Source: Pelomyxa schiedti
Lineage: Eukaryota > Protista > Evosea
DNA: 64,000 nucleotides
Direction: 5' to 3'
Assembly: GCA_020536535.1 (NCBI GenBank)
Contig: JAHLWZ010000041.1
Coordinates: forward strand, 7,839-71,838
The position numbers were made by a program, and so were the translations under genes. Numbering within the stretch: the first letter of the stretch is position 1; the number at the start of each line of letters is the position of its first letter. Below the pieces are notes generated by a model that ran no database searches, was not told the origin of the DNA, and saw only the letters and a program-made list of their open reading frames with translations. Of the stretch, positions 23,960 to 35,126 are shown one piece after another.

Positions 23960-24912
23960 GTGCATTTCTTCAAACTTACAAAGTTTGTTCAATTCTAGCG
24001 TCTGGCTGTTGCACGCCATTGTGCGAAAATCAACCCCTCATGCATTGATAACAATGCGGGAACACATCGCGTTGGGTTCATTTCAACACTATGACACCGT
24101 TATTGTGACATTCGCGTGCTCACTGCAAGCTTCAATGAACCAACCAACAAGTAGGTTTCCTCAGTCATTATTGCATTGCTCGGTTAACGAACAGCCAAGT
24201 CTCCTTCCTCTCTCTACATTTGCAAAAAAAGAACCTCTTTATATCTATCCAACGCCAACGCATCTCCTCCTCATGAGTGCCAGCTTTATGAACCATTTTG
24301 CCAAGTATGTTGGAATATATATTCTTGCCTTTTTTGCTTACCACTCTCGATAACCGCGAGTTACTTTCGGATTTGTAATATGATGAGCTTGATGCTAGAA
24401 AGAAGTCACCACTCTCGCACCCCAGGGGGGACTGTGTGGCTCTGTCAGGTGATGAGAAATCGCAAATGACATTGCCAATCAATCCCTCTTGGGAGGGAGG
24501 ACCCACAACGAGCTGGCCCATCCTCTCTCAGACCCGAACGAAGCTTATTTTGTCTGTGCCGGAAGTATTATCACGGCTGCTATTCCGTAGTGGCGACCTC
24601 CCACGAAAAATGAGTATCACCACTGCCAATGACTGCCCTTTTCGGAGATTCAGCACGAGATGGTGTACATTACAAGAAGATTATCGTGGAGATAAATGGA
24701 AGTCAGATGCAGTACAAATCTTAAAAAAAGTCTCCCCAAGTAATTTGTGTTGGAATCACCTTGGTAATGAAGGTTGTATTTACTACATTCTCGCACTTAT
24801 ATTTATGTATGCCAATAGAGAACTTAGAGAGGAGTGCTACTTGGCAGGTATACACTTCTGGAATACATACAAATTCCAAATTAAATTGCAAAGAAACCTG
24901 GTTCCTGATTAG
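23960..24912 (+). CDS. Possible hypothetical or degenerate gene with one LRR-like motif
   Basis: ORFs 23985..24353 and 24436..24912. The latter has NLCWNHLGNEGCIYYILAL, resembling an RNI-like LRR. No other support. Confidence 0.2.
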
Positions 24913-25245
24913 TGGGAAAAGAACAGTTTGTTACACTAAGAACACACCACCAGCAGCTCCAAATGCTGTAATGGGGCTTCTTTCTCCACTTAGTTTTTCA
25001 TACAAGGAGCTTCCTGTTGTAGGTTTTATCTGAGTAGATTCTACCTCTGAAGGGTGATTTGCTCTGCGGAAAATCATGAGTAGCCTACTAGTGTTTCACC
25101 TCTGGTGAAAGTTTGGACAGCAGTAACATCACTTTTCACAAGTTTGGTGTCTTTGGATGGGAGTTCCGCTTGCGCAGAAGGGGTTGATCTTCAAAGATTC
25201 ACAATCATCGGGTGCGAAAAAACCGTTTTGCAACACGCAAGCCAC

Positions 25246-27898
25246 ATGTCTCTCCTCATGGACGTGGCCGCGGCTGTGTCTGCCCCCGCACAGCAACCAA
25301 GCAAGGCTCAGGCCTGCCCGCCGGGCGCAGGGGGAGGCACCAGCCGTCCCCCGCTGCCCCAACACCCCCTTCCCCCGCTGCCTCCCCTGCCCCCCGCGCC
25401 CCCCTCTGCCCCCCCGCGCTTGACCCCACCGCCTTCATCTCCCTCCTCCTCCTCCTCCTCCTCGCTGTCCTCCTCATCCTCAGGCTCCCCCTCCACCACC
25501 GCAACCACCTCCACGAGCTGCCCGAACTCCCCCCAGGCCACGGGGGCGGCGGCCGCAACCTCCGGTGCGTCGTCATGGGCTTATGGGTCCATGCCCCCGG
25601 CCACGACGCCTCATCAGGGCACGATGGCCCTACATCACATTCACTTGACCAAGCCATCCCCCGCATGTGGCGAAATATCTCCTTCTTTATCTCTATCTTC
25701 TCCCGCTCTTTCTTTTCCTTCTTCTTCTTGTTCTTCTTCTTCTCCCTCTGCTTCATCCTCAGCAGTACCATCTTCACCGGCTTCTTCTTCTTGTTCTTTA
25801 TCTTCATCGTCGCCGTCTTTGCCTATTTTGTCTCAGCAAGCAGCTTGTTTGACGGAGGGTTCTGTTTCCATTCCTACTGTGCCCCCAGGGGAATCCAATG
25901 TTACTGTGGAACCTGCATCAAAGGACCCTTCTCCTTCTCTTTGCACGACTCCTCGCGGTTCACCTAAATCGAATCGAGTTCGACATTCCCTTCCCAAACA
26001 CATGCCACCTCCTATTCCTCGAAATAGGCAGCAACCCCGCACTTTACCAGATTCTTCCCCTTTGTCGAGTGAGGGTTGCTCATCCACATCAGAATCAAAG
26101 AATTCTTCCCCTGGTTGCTCTATGGCTACACCTGCTATGCCAAGTCACATGAAGAACTGTACCAAAAGTAGTCAACGGTTCGTGCCACTACTGATGGGGA
26201 GAAATTATCCAACAAACCCTACACACTTAACAACTAACCGTAAAAAAAAACAAACAGGATTGCCCTGTTTGAGGAAGCAATTTCACCTACTCTTGAGACA
26301 TTGTCTCTTACCCGGATTAGAGAATTGGCATTTCAAGGAATACCTGATATGTCTAATTTGAGGCCTCTCTACTGGAAGGTACTAGTTGTAAATGACTGCT
26401 TCTCTTTTAACTTTGTCAGATTCTTCTCGATTTCCTTCCATTGGATAGGAGTCAGTGGGCGACCACTCTTTTCGAAAAGAGAAAATCCTACTGCAGCTGG
26501 AGAGTGGAATTTGATCTCGAAATGAAAACACTCACTGAACTTGTATCAAACCTCTTTTTTGTTTCCGGAATGATATTTCATTTCAGCCTTCAGTCTCACC
26601 ATTAGCACCCGACAAACTCGCAATAGACGAAATTATTAAAGACATTACGAGAACCTCCCCTCATCTCCAACTTTTCAACTTCACAGTAAGCAGAGAGACT
26701 ACACTTCTTTACATAATGTTCCCAGTCAGGTGAAACTGTGCACTACCACGCCTTAAAGCATATTTTGTTTATATTTGCCAAACTCAATCCAGGAATTCGT
26801 TATGTGCAAGGTTAAACTCTTATCTTTTTTCATTTCTCTAGTTACTTATCTTAGGCATGAATGCAATCCTTGCTCCATTGTATTATGTTTGCACATCTGA
26901 GGCCGGAAAAGATGACCCAGGTATTTCTCTTTCTCTGCAATCCCAATTTACTTTGATATTAGAAGCTCTTTTAAATGCAGAAGCTGATACATTTTTTTGT
27001 TTCAGTGGTCTTATGGCAGAAGTAATGGATCATTTCATCAAATCGTACGTTTGAGTGTATTTTCATTATCACCCTGAGAATTCCAAATCAGAATGGACTC
27101 CTCATCAGTTGGTGTACACAAGACACTTGGAAAGCTTGATGCATTACTCGAGTTCCACGATTATGAGGTCCAACAACTCAAATTATATCAACCAACAATG
27201 ATACTGAATCGCAGTTGTGGACGACCTTAGAAAGCAAAGGGCTTACCATTGAAGTTAACATATGTCTCCTTTTTTTAGTTCTTATTTTTATTCAGTTGTA
27301 TACCCTGCGGTGGATATTGTTACTAGTTTCCCAGGTGATATCTTCACTTGGTATGTACATTGCAGACTAATTTATAATAGGAATTTGAACTTCCTGATGT
27401 ATTGCGCCTTTGGGACTCCTTTTTAGCCGACGCAAATAGGTTTGATTTCATGCTGTATTTCTGTTGTGCTATGATAATGTACGCTCAATTCTTATAACAA
27501 TTAATGGCTCATTTACCAAACAGAAATGTGAGAGATGAATTATTGATAGGGGACTTCCCTTCCAACATGTTCCTTCTTCAGGTCTACTATGCAATAGGAA
27601 AACGCTCATAAATCTTAATCTGCTCAAAACAAAAACAAAAAAGAATTACCCTCCGATGGAACTTAATACTCTTCTACAACAAGCTGCCGAACTTCGTGAT
27701 AACACCGATCCTCTACTACTTAAAAATGCCATACCCCTGAATCAAAAGAGAGAGGAGGATTTCTCCCCTACCCGGCATGACACTGGCAGTGATAGTGAAG
27801 AAAGCTCAGATAGTGACACGCAGACAATAACTCGCACTCTAATGAAGGTACTTATCACAGAATCCAGAATCCTCCTTTCCGAACTCAAAACCTTGTAG
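25246..27898 (+). CDS. TBC-domain Rab GTPase-activating protein (TBC1D13-like) with long Pro/Ser-rich N-terminus
   Basis: LTRIRELAFQGIPDMSNLRPLYWKV, IIKDITRT (IxxDxxR), ILFIFAKLNPGIRYVQ|GMNAILAPLYYV (YxQ), EADTFFCFSGLMAEVMDHFIKS, LRWILLLVSQ|EFELPDVLRLWDSFLAD. Stop at 27898. Confidence 0.92.
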
Positions 27899-28159
27899 GT
27901 TGCTCACATCACCAAGGGGAAAAAAAAGGCATCCAAAAAAGGACCTCCTTGACTGACTGTTCTCATACTAGCAGTATCCCCAAGCATTTCCCAGGGGAGA
28001 GACTCCCCCTGAAAATGCTCCAAGGTTGTTGTGTTTTTTTTATCAAAACGAGAATGGAAATGCTGCCTTTTGTTGGGCAGGTGGTATTCCATTCAAAACA
28101 AAGCACTTTTTCTTTTTTTTTTTCCCAATGAGTGAAATATGATGAGTTTTAGTGTGGCT

Positions 28160-29800
28160 TTATAAGTCTTTTTTGTGCCCTGCTGGCTTTACTTTCATTT
28201 GGCATGAAGCACTGTAATCAGGGTTCTTCTCAATCCTCAAGACGTAGTCAATGTACCATTCATAAAGTGGATCCCCAATTGTTGTGGTTGGTGGTTCTGA
28301 AGGAAGTTCAAATTCAAATCGGTGCTCAACTGTGGATCCACGTGTGAAAGCCTTTTGGAAAGAAAACCATATCAGATATAGTACCTTTCCATAGAAGTGG
28401 GTCTATGTACCTTGTTGGCATATCGGTCGTCAACACATTTTTTCACCCACCATTCACTGATGGTGCGGTGTTGCTTTTTGCCTTTGGAGCTTATGTCCAG
28501 TTAGATAGGACAGAGGAAAAAGTTCGTTGTAGTAGCTTACTCAAGATATGACTCCTTCTTTTCAGCCCTTAGTGTCATTTGGGCATCTTGTATAAGTGGT
28601 GCAAATATGCCAGCAGTATGGGAAACCACAACTTCGAACTTATCTCCGACTGTGAACGGAGTCCAGGAAAGCCTTTTAGCCGAGTCGGAACTGAGTAGGC
28701 GAACTTCAATGATGGGCTCGCTGACAGACAGTAGGGCGAACATATGGTAAAAGGCCAATATGAAGAGACCTAGATATGGAATTTAGTGAGATAAGGTTTC
28801 GACAAGAACAGACAGACCTAACCCATAGGCAACCATTTCAGTGTACCAATAATAGTGTGGGGGGGCAACTGGGCTAAGGAATTAGGGGAGGATTATGCCA
28901 TAAGTAGAAAATACCTGTTAATATAAAGATTTAGACAAAAACCGCAGACACAGCAGTACACGACAGCAGATAACATTCCCCACTTCCAAGCAAACGAAAA
29001 GGAATATGAAGTCTGTCAAACTAACGTCACGAGGGAAATAATAAAGAGTTAAGCAGTACCTTGTTTATTTCAATGAATCCTTCAGAATCAGCTTGATGTT
29101 CTTTCCATTTGGCATTGGGATCGGAAACCAAAAGAATAACCCAAAATAGAACTAACCCAATTTGCACAGAGCCAAGTAGATACACTGAAGGGATTATGTT
29201 AGAAGTTGGGCTGTTTAAACTGCATACCAAACGGTTTGAACGAGAGCTCTGGAATTAAGAAAGAAACTTCAGGGTGATTCAAGTCAATGCATACATCTAT
29301 CGTACTGACTGCAGTTTGAGGGGTAAACAAGTTGACTTGTGTTCCCTTTACTCTTGACTCCCTAGGGATGTCAGAGCCGATTCAAAGGGTTAATATCTAG
29401 TACAGTTCCATATTGTATTGTACTGCAGCAGAGCGGGTACTGAATTCCAATCTTCTCCTGTGAGCAAAGATGTCCTGACCAGTGAATATTCGTCCTACTT
29501 CTTGGGGATACTGGTATTGATATACAACCTTTAAAAATGGTAAGAAGGAGAAGAGGAAGAATGAACAGTACAGAGGGGGCATAAGAGTAATAACCCCTTT
29601 TGCTGCCCCTGTGATATATTTCATCCACATAAAATTGCCCTTGCATAACGCCTTTTACTTTTCCCTCCCCATCAAGGCAACTCTGGCACAAGGGAAACAA
29701 ATTAAACTACAATAAGAAGAATTAGAAAAAAAAACCTGGACTAGGGAGACATCATAGTAATGGCCACTCAACCAATGGTAGCCTAAGTATAATTGCACAA
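28160..29800 (-). CDS. Multi-pass membrane protein of unknown family, multi-exon
   Basis: Hydrophobic exons YAPSVLFILPLLLLTIFKG, YLLGSVQIGLVLFWVILLVS and LFILAFYHMFALLSVS. The final exon ends EWYIDYVLRIEKNPDYSASCQMKVKPAGHKKDL* near 28160. Confidence 0.45.
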
Positions 29801-30081
29801 CCAAAAGTACAATGATAATGCCAAAGTCTGACCCACACTTAGTGATTGAGTTAGTTGGCAAAAAACATTTCGCCGCACATCCCCCCCATAATGAGCACTC
29901 AGTTACACACCCGTCGCCCAAACAGCTGCATGGCTGGCTGCTTTATTATTTGGTTTTTTTCTTTGTTTTGTTTTCGGATTTCCCTTCTCAAAAAAGTGGT
30001 TGTGGAAAAGGTCAGAAAAAGAGCAAACACGCAGAACTAAGAAATACGAGAAAAAATTTGGCGGAAGATGATTCTCTAGTC

Positions 30082-33010
30082 TTAGTAGACAGGGCGAGTC
30101 CAATGTGTGGTTTTCGTGTTGTGGTCAATGTAGAATGTCCTCCCGGATTTATCTCGTGACTCTTCCCAGCCAGGAGGCAGAGGAGTGGTGGTTGTGGTAG
30201 AGGGAAGCGGTGGTGTCATCGTCATTGTCATTGTCATTGTGGGATGTGTTTGCGGTTGTGCTGCGAGGCCGCTGCTTGTGCCCCAAGGCGTGGGCTGTTG
30301 CTGTGGCATAGGGGGCGTGGTGGGTGATGTTGAGGGTCCCCAAGCGGTCTGCGGCGTCGCGGAGGTTGCAGCGCCCCAGGGTGTCTGCGGCGCGGTGGAT
30401 GTTGCCCCTCCCCACCCCGGGGATGGTGTTGGGTTTGGGTTTGTTAGGGTGGAGGCCGATCCCCAGGTGGGCTGCGTGGGCGTGGGCGTGGGTGTGGGTG
30501 TGGGGGTTGGTGTGTATTGGGTTTGGGGAGTGGTGTGAGGAATGCCGTACTGTGTCACGGGATTGTAGGAGGAGGAGGGGGAGGGCAAGGGAGAGGGAGA
30601 GGGATTTATTTGAGGGTATAGAGATGACAGCTCGGGGTACATGGCGTTACTGGTTGGAGGTGTTGCGGGCGGCTAAACAGGGCATTAGGTGTGAAAACAG
30701 AGAACAATCTGTGCACTTACAGGGGGTGTTGGGTGAGCACCATACGTTGCATTATAGGCGTTGCTAAGTCTAGCCCATCCTGAGCTTGTGCTGCTGACTG
30801 GAAGATTTTGGTGTGGTTGTGGTACTGGAGGTTGTGTTCCTCGGGACTAGTATTTGTAAAAAGGCAAGAAAAGGAAAGTAGCAACGCAAACTTGGGCAAT
30901 TAGTGCCGAAAGAGCCTGATCCCATTTTGCCATAGGACGTGATGGCTGCTGTTGAGGGGGTTGCATATTAGGCTGGAACATACCTGACCAAGATTGAGAT
31001 TGTGGTGGTTGAGTTTGTGGTTGTGGTGAGGAAGTTTGCGGGTACGGAAGTGAGGGATATGTTGACTGCTGATAGCTTGTTGTTAGATAAGAGGGATTTC
31101 CAGGAGTCTGTGAGGCATAAGTATTTGGAGTTTGTGGAGAGGAAGGAATAGTCGGCTGAAATGGAGGCTGTGAATAGGTTTGTGAAACGGGAGCTGGTGA
31201 GTAAGACGTATAAGGAGGTTGGGTCATGGAGGAAGTCAGTGGTGTGGATGTAAAGGATGATTGTGAAGTCGGGGTGGATGCAAACCCTGGTTGTTGTATG
31301 TTTGTCGAAAATGCAGTGTTTGGTGTAGAATATGAAGGCTGAGATGTTGGCAACGCGTAGCTTGATTGAGTGGTAGGCAACTGGTTGTAAGTTTGCTGCG
31401 TACCTGGTGATGTGTATGTTGGCTGGGTGCTTGGTGATGTATATGTAGGCTGCGTGATTGGTGGTGTGTATGTGAACGAGGTTGAAGGTGTGATAGTGGG
31501 GGTCGGAGAAATTGCTAGATTGGGAGTAAGAGGCGATTGATATAGTGGTTGAGGGGATGATGGAAGTGGTGGAGTTACAAGTGGTTGTGATTGCGTTAGG
31601 CTTGGTGGGAGTGTTGGAGTTGTGACAGAGGGTGGTAAGTTGGAAGGTGGGAGTGTTTGTTGTGTCTGCGGAAGTGGTTGTGCCGAAACAAGAGTCTGGC
31701 TTGATTGGGATGCTGAAGGGTAAGCAAAAGCTCTAAATAACTTGTAAAAGACAATACAATAAAAGTAACAGAATTACATAGGTTTGACTTCGCTAAGTGG
31801 GTTTGGAAACCCTGTCAGTAGGGGTACTCCTCCAGTATCCCCTATGTAAAATAAAATTAGGCTCTCAGGAAAATAGTTTTACCTGACCCTCTATTCGCTC
31901 CCCCTTTCATCTGCCCAATGTGGGGAATGTTGCACAATATAATTTCTCCCTCGATGTTGCATTTGCGTGTTGACTGTATCTCTTCCTGAAAGTGGGACGA
32001 TACTATGGGAGAATACGCAGTTAGTGCCTTTCCAATATCAACCTGCACATGTAAGGAAACAGAAAAAGAGGGAAACAATTCAACCGAAGCATATCCTAAA
32101 TCAGGACCTGCCTTCTGATTTCGGATTTTGAAGATGACACTTTCGGACATTAGAGTTCTTAAGGACCCTTCCACTCTCAAAGGCTCAAGTTGTCTCCATA
32201 CAGCACTTGCACACGGAGGTGTGCGCTTGATTTGCCTCACATCCCTTTGGAAAGTGGGAACTTTATTTAAAATCAGGAAAGCGTACCCAGAGTAGAAATA
32301 CTCCAGAAACGGCTCGAAGAGAGGATCGGAAAAAGGCTTCACGCAAATGTTGTCAAATCCAATAAAAATGGAATCGCATAGAAGGTCCATCTCCACGTCA
32401 AGATCTAGTACACCAACGGTCCCATGAGCCTGTAGACTTTGATTGACATTTTAATGTGAAAGTGGAACAAACATCAAGAACACTCAAGGTCAAGTGCGAT
32501 GGCCCAGTTGCTATAGAAAGAAGGGATATTGATGTTCCGCCAAGGCAATCATCAGTTCCAAACATTGTCACTCCAAAAAGGTCTGGTAGAGACTAAGAAA
32601 TATTCCACTATGTGCACCAACCTAATCTAAACATCTTTTGCCCTAGACCCTCAGCGTGCCTTGTAGCATACTCAAATGTTTCTGACTTTTGTTAGGAAAA
32701 TGAGAAGACTGTTTTTTTCTTTAAATAAAAGACGTGTTCATACGGTCCAAGGTCCATTGTACAGTTGCCCCTGTGGAACAAAGTTAACAAAGACATGTGA
32801 CTTCGATTTCCACAAACCCCTTCTTCCCTGCTCAGTTTGAAATAGTCTTTCGTTATCCCAGTTGCACTTTACATAGCAATCATAACCACTCGCCTTGGCA
32901 TTCAACATGCTAGCAGCAGTAAAAACAAAAACTAACTACCAAAAACCAAACACAAACCTGGCACTCAAACGAAACACCCGAACTTTGAATTTTGCACAGA
33001 CACCGTCCAT
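30082..33010 (-). CDS. Putative C2-like domain protein with a long Pro/Thr/Gln-rich region and a C-terminal WW domain
   Basis: WW domain [31 protein letters not shown] followed by stop at 30082. N-terminal C2-like strands [17 protein letters not shown] and [14 protein letters not shown]. The C2 call is weaker than the WW call. Confidence 0.65.
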
Positions 33011-33114
33011 GGCTGTGATGATGTCTGTTGGCTTTCCTTTTTTTTTTCTTTTATGTTGTTGTAACTTCCGAAAAACGGGATCTAGCATCATTCCCCAAAA
33101 ACACTATTGAGTAT

Positions 33115-34838
33115 TTAGGGGAGGCACAATTCTGGCTCATCCCGTTTCTCTAGTGAGCTTTTGGTTGGAAACATCTCACATAGTAGTGATTGTAGGTATG
33201 CAATCTCCTTGTCTGATTGGGCATCGAACTCGAGGTCATCTTGTAGGCACACACAGAAGGGCCGCATGGATTTTAGCTTTGACCAAAGTGCAGTGTTCAA
33301 TGTGTGATTGGCAGTCCATGCCCCGCCAAAGTTAGGAGAACGCTCTTTCTTTTTAAGAGTTAGAGAGGAAAGAATACAACTGGAGAGGAGGATACAGTAG
33401 CCCCAAATTCTTCAATAGCCACGTTGGCATGTATGAAGGGAAAGGCGGTATCACGTTCCTGTCTAAACCTATTTCGTGAGGTTCTGTCAAATTCTACATC
33501 ATGGAACTGAGTTAATATAAATTGCAAGAAACAGAGATCAACCTGTGTGCCATCTCGAGTACATTACATCAGCAATCTCTTTTTTAATAAAATAGCAGTG
33601 ATGTCCAGCGTAATTGTGTTTCACAGGACTTGTGGAATTTGGATAGTAGTAGGAGTTTATCATCTCATTTGAGAAGCCCACACTCTTGTGCCAGATGTTT
33701 GTTTTCATTCTTTCCACTTCTGGGGCACTGAGAACGTTTTATATATTTATCATACTTCTTTAATATTATCTAATTTGTGTTCAATTACACAAATCCATCC
33801 ATGTAAAGCTGAGAGGAGAATGAGGGGTAGGAAAACTGTAAAAAGAAAGAAACCTTCAAATGCCCCGTTTCTAAATCTACAAAGTGAGCCTTGGGAGTAG
33901 GTCTTAAACAGAGGAGTAAGTAAATAACGAGGGAAAGGACAAATGGCAGACTTTGCAATGAAGAAGTCGTCATTTAGGTAAAGAAAGCATGGTGCCACTC
34001 CTGGAAAAACTTAATTTCGAAGTACTCGCCTAAGTAAGATACCTGGAATTTTATGGAGATGCGCTTCAATTGCATTCGAATTGAATGTAGGTAAGTCTTC
34101 CTTATTAGGAAATATTTGATCGTGAGTGACAAGACGAAATCGGGAGGCACTAGTGTTGAGCCAAGTTGGCACCTGGAGATTACTCAGTAACATTCTCTTG
34201 GGAGAAACTATACCTGGCCATTAGTAACAAGAATAATATTTCTTATATAAGGCATAAAGGTTTCAACCGACCGCATTGAAAACCTTCCTTGAGGTGAGTG
34301 CTCTTTTCGAAGCAAAAAGGTGAGTTAACTAACCTTAGTATGCCATATTCACGAAATCTTCTAGCCAGATCCAAGCTCACATGTTGTTTGTATCTGGGAA
34401 TGGATATTTGGATTGGGTTCTGAACGTACTTGAAGCTACTTGTTGAGAAGCTCAACTTGTTTTGGGTCACTTCCATTTACCCACGTGTAGACCACGTCAA
34501 TGACATCACATAGTTCTGGCTCGTCTTCCTCAAACGAGCTGACAGAATTTTCATCCACTGATGGCACTCCTTTGGCTTTATGCAGCTTTGCCTGCCAGAT
34601 TTCATTGAGTTCATGGGAGAATAGTACAAACGAGGGGTTTTCGAATCGGTTGTGTGTGCGCAGTTCAATACATCGTGGAGATGAGGCAGCCCCTCAATGT
34701 CGCCAAAGTCATTTTGAACCGGTTCATAGTAGTACCACAGAGCAACATTGACCAGCAACCACGTCATAGCAAACAACGGCAGTACCACCCATCTCAACGG
34801 AACACCAAAGATCCGGCCACGTGGCCCCCCACACGACA
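33115..34838 (-). CDS. Stealth-family (GlcNAc-1-phosphotransferase-like) type II membrane protein
   Basis: N-terminal TM WVVLPLFAMTWLLVNVALWYYY. CR1 IDVVYTW. CR2 RFSMRSVETFMPYIRNIILVTNGQV..PTWLN..RLVTHDQIFPNKEDLPTFNSNAIEAHLHKIPG..LYLNDDFFI. CR3-like ERDTAFPFIHANV. CR4 FCVCLQDD...LQSLLCEMFPTKSSLE. Confidence 0.9.
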
Positions 34839-35126
34839 TTAATTGCGCTGTTTTTGATGAAATCCTCCACATGGCAGTTCTACATTAATGGCACTCATTC
34901 ACTTTGCTCCCGAAGCATGTTTAGCAGAAGGCCTCGAGTGGAGCCCCGTGTCGTACCCAAATTGAAGAATGTCGAGATGCTATTCCTGGAATCCCCTCCC
35001 AAGTTGGGGTCGCATTTAACCGAGAGGCGAAGCAACAGAAGGAAAAAAACAAAAAAAAACAAAACCAAGACACACACCACCACCACCAACAACACAACCG
35101 TAGCCCGACCGACCCATAATATTGCA

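Noticed and set aside
25129-25967. Overlapping ORFs opposite or out of frame with the TBC N-terminus
   Set aside because: They are low-complexity GC-rich shadows with no domain content.
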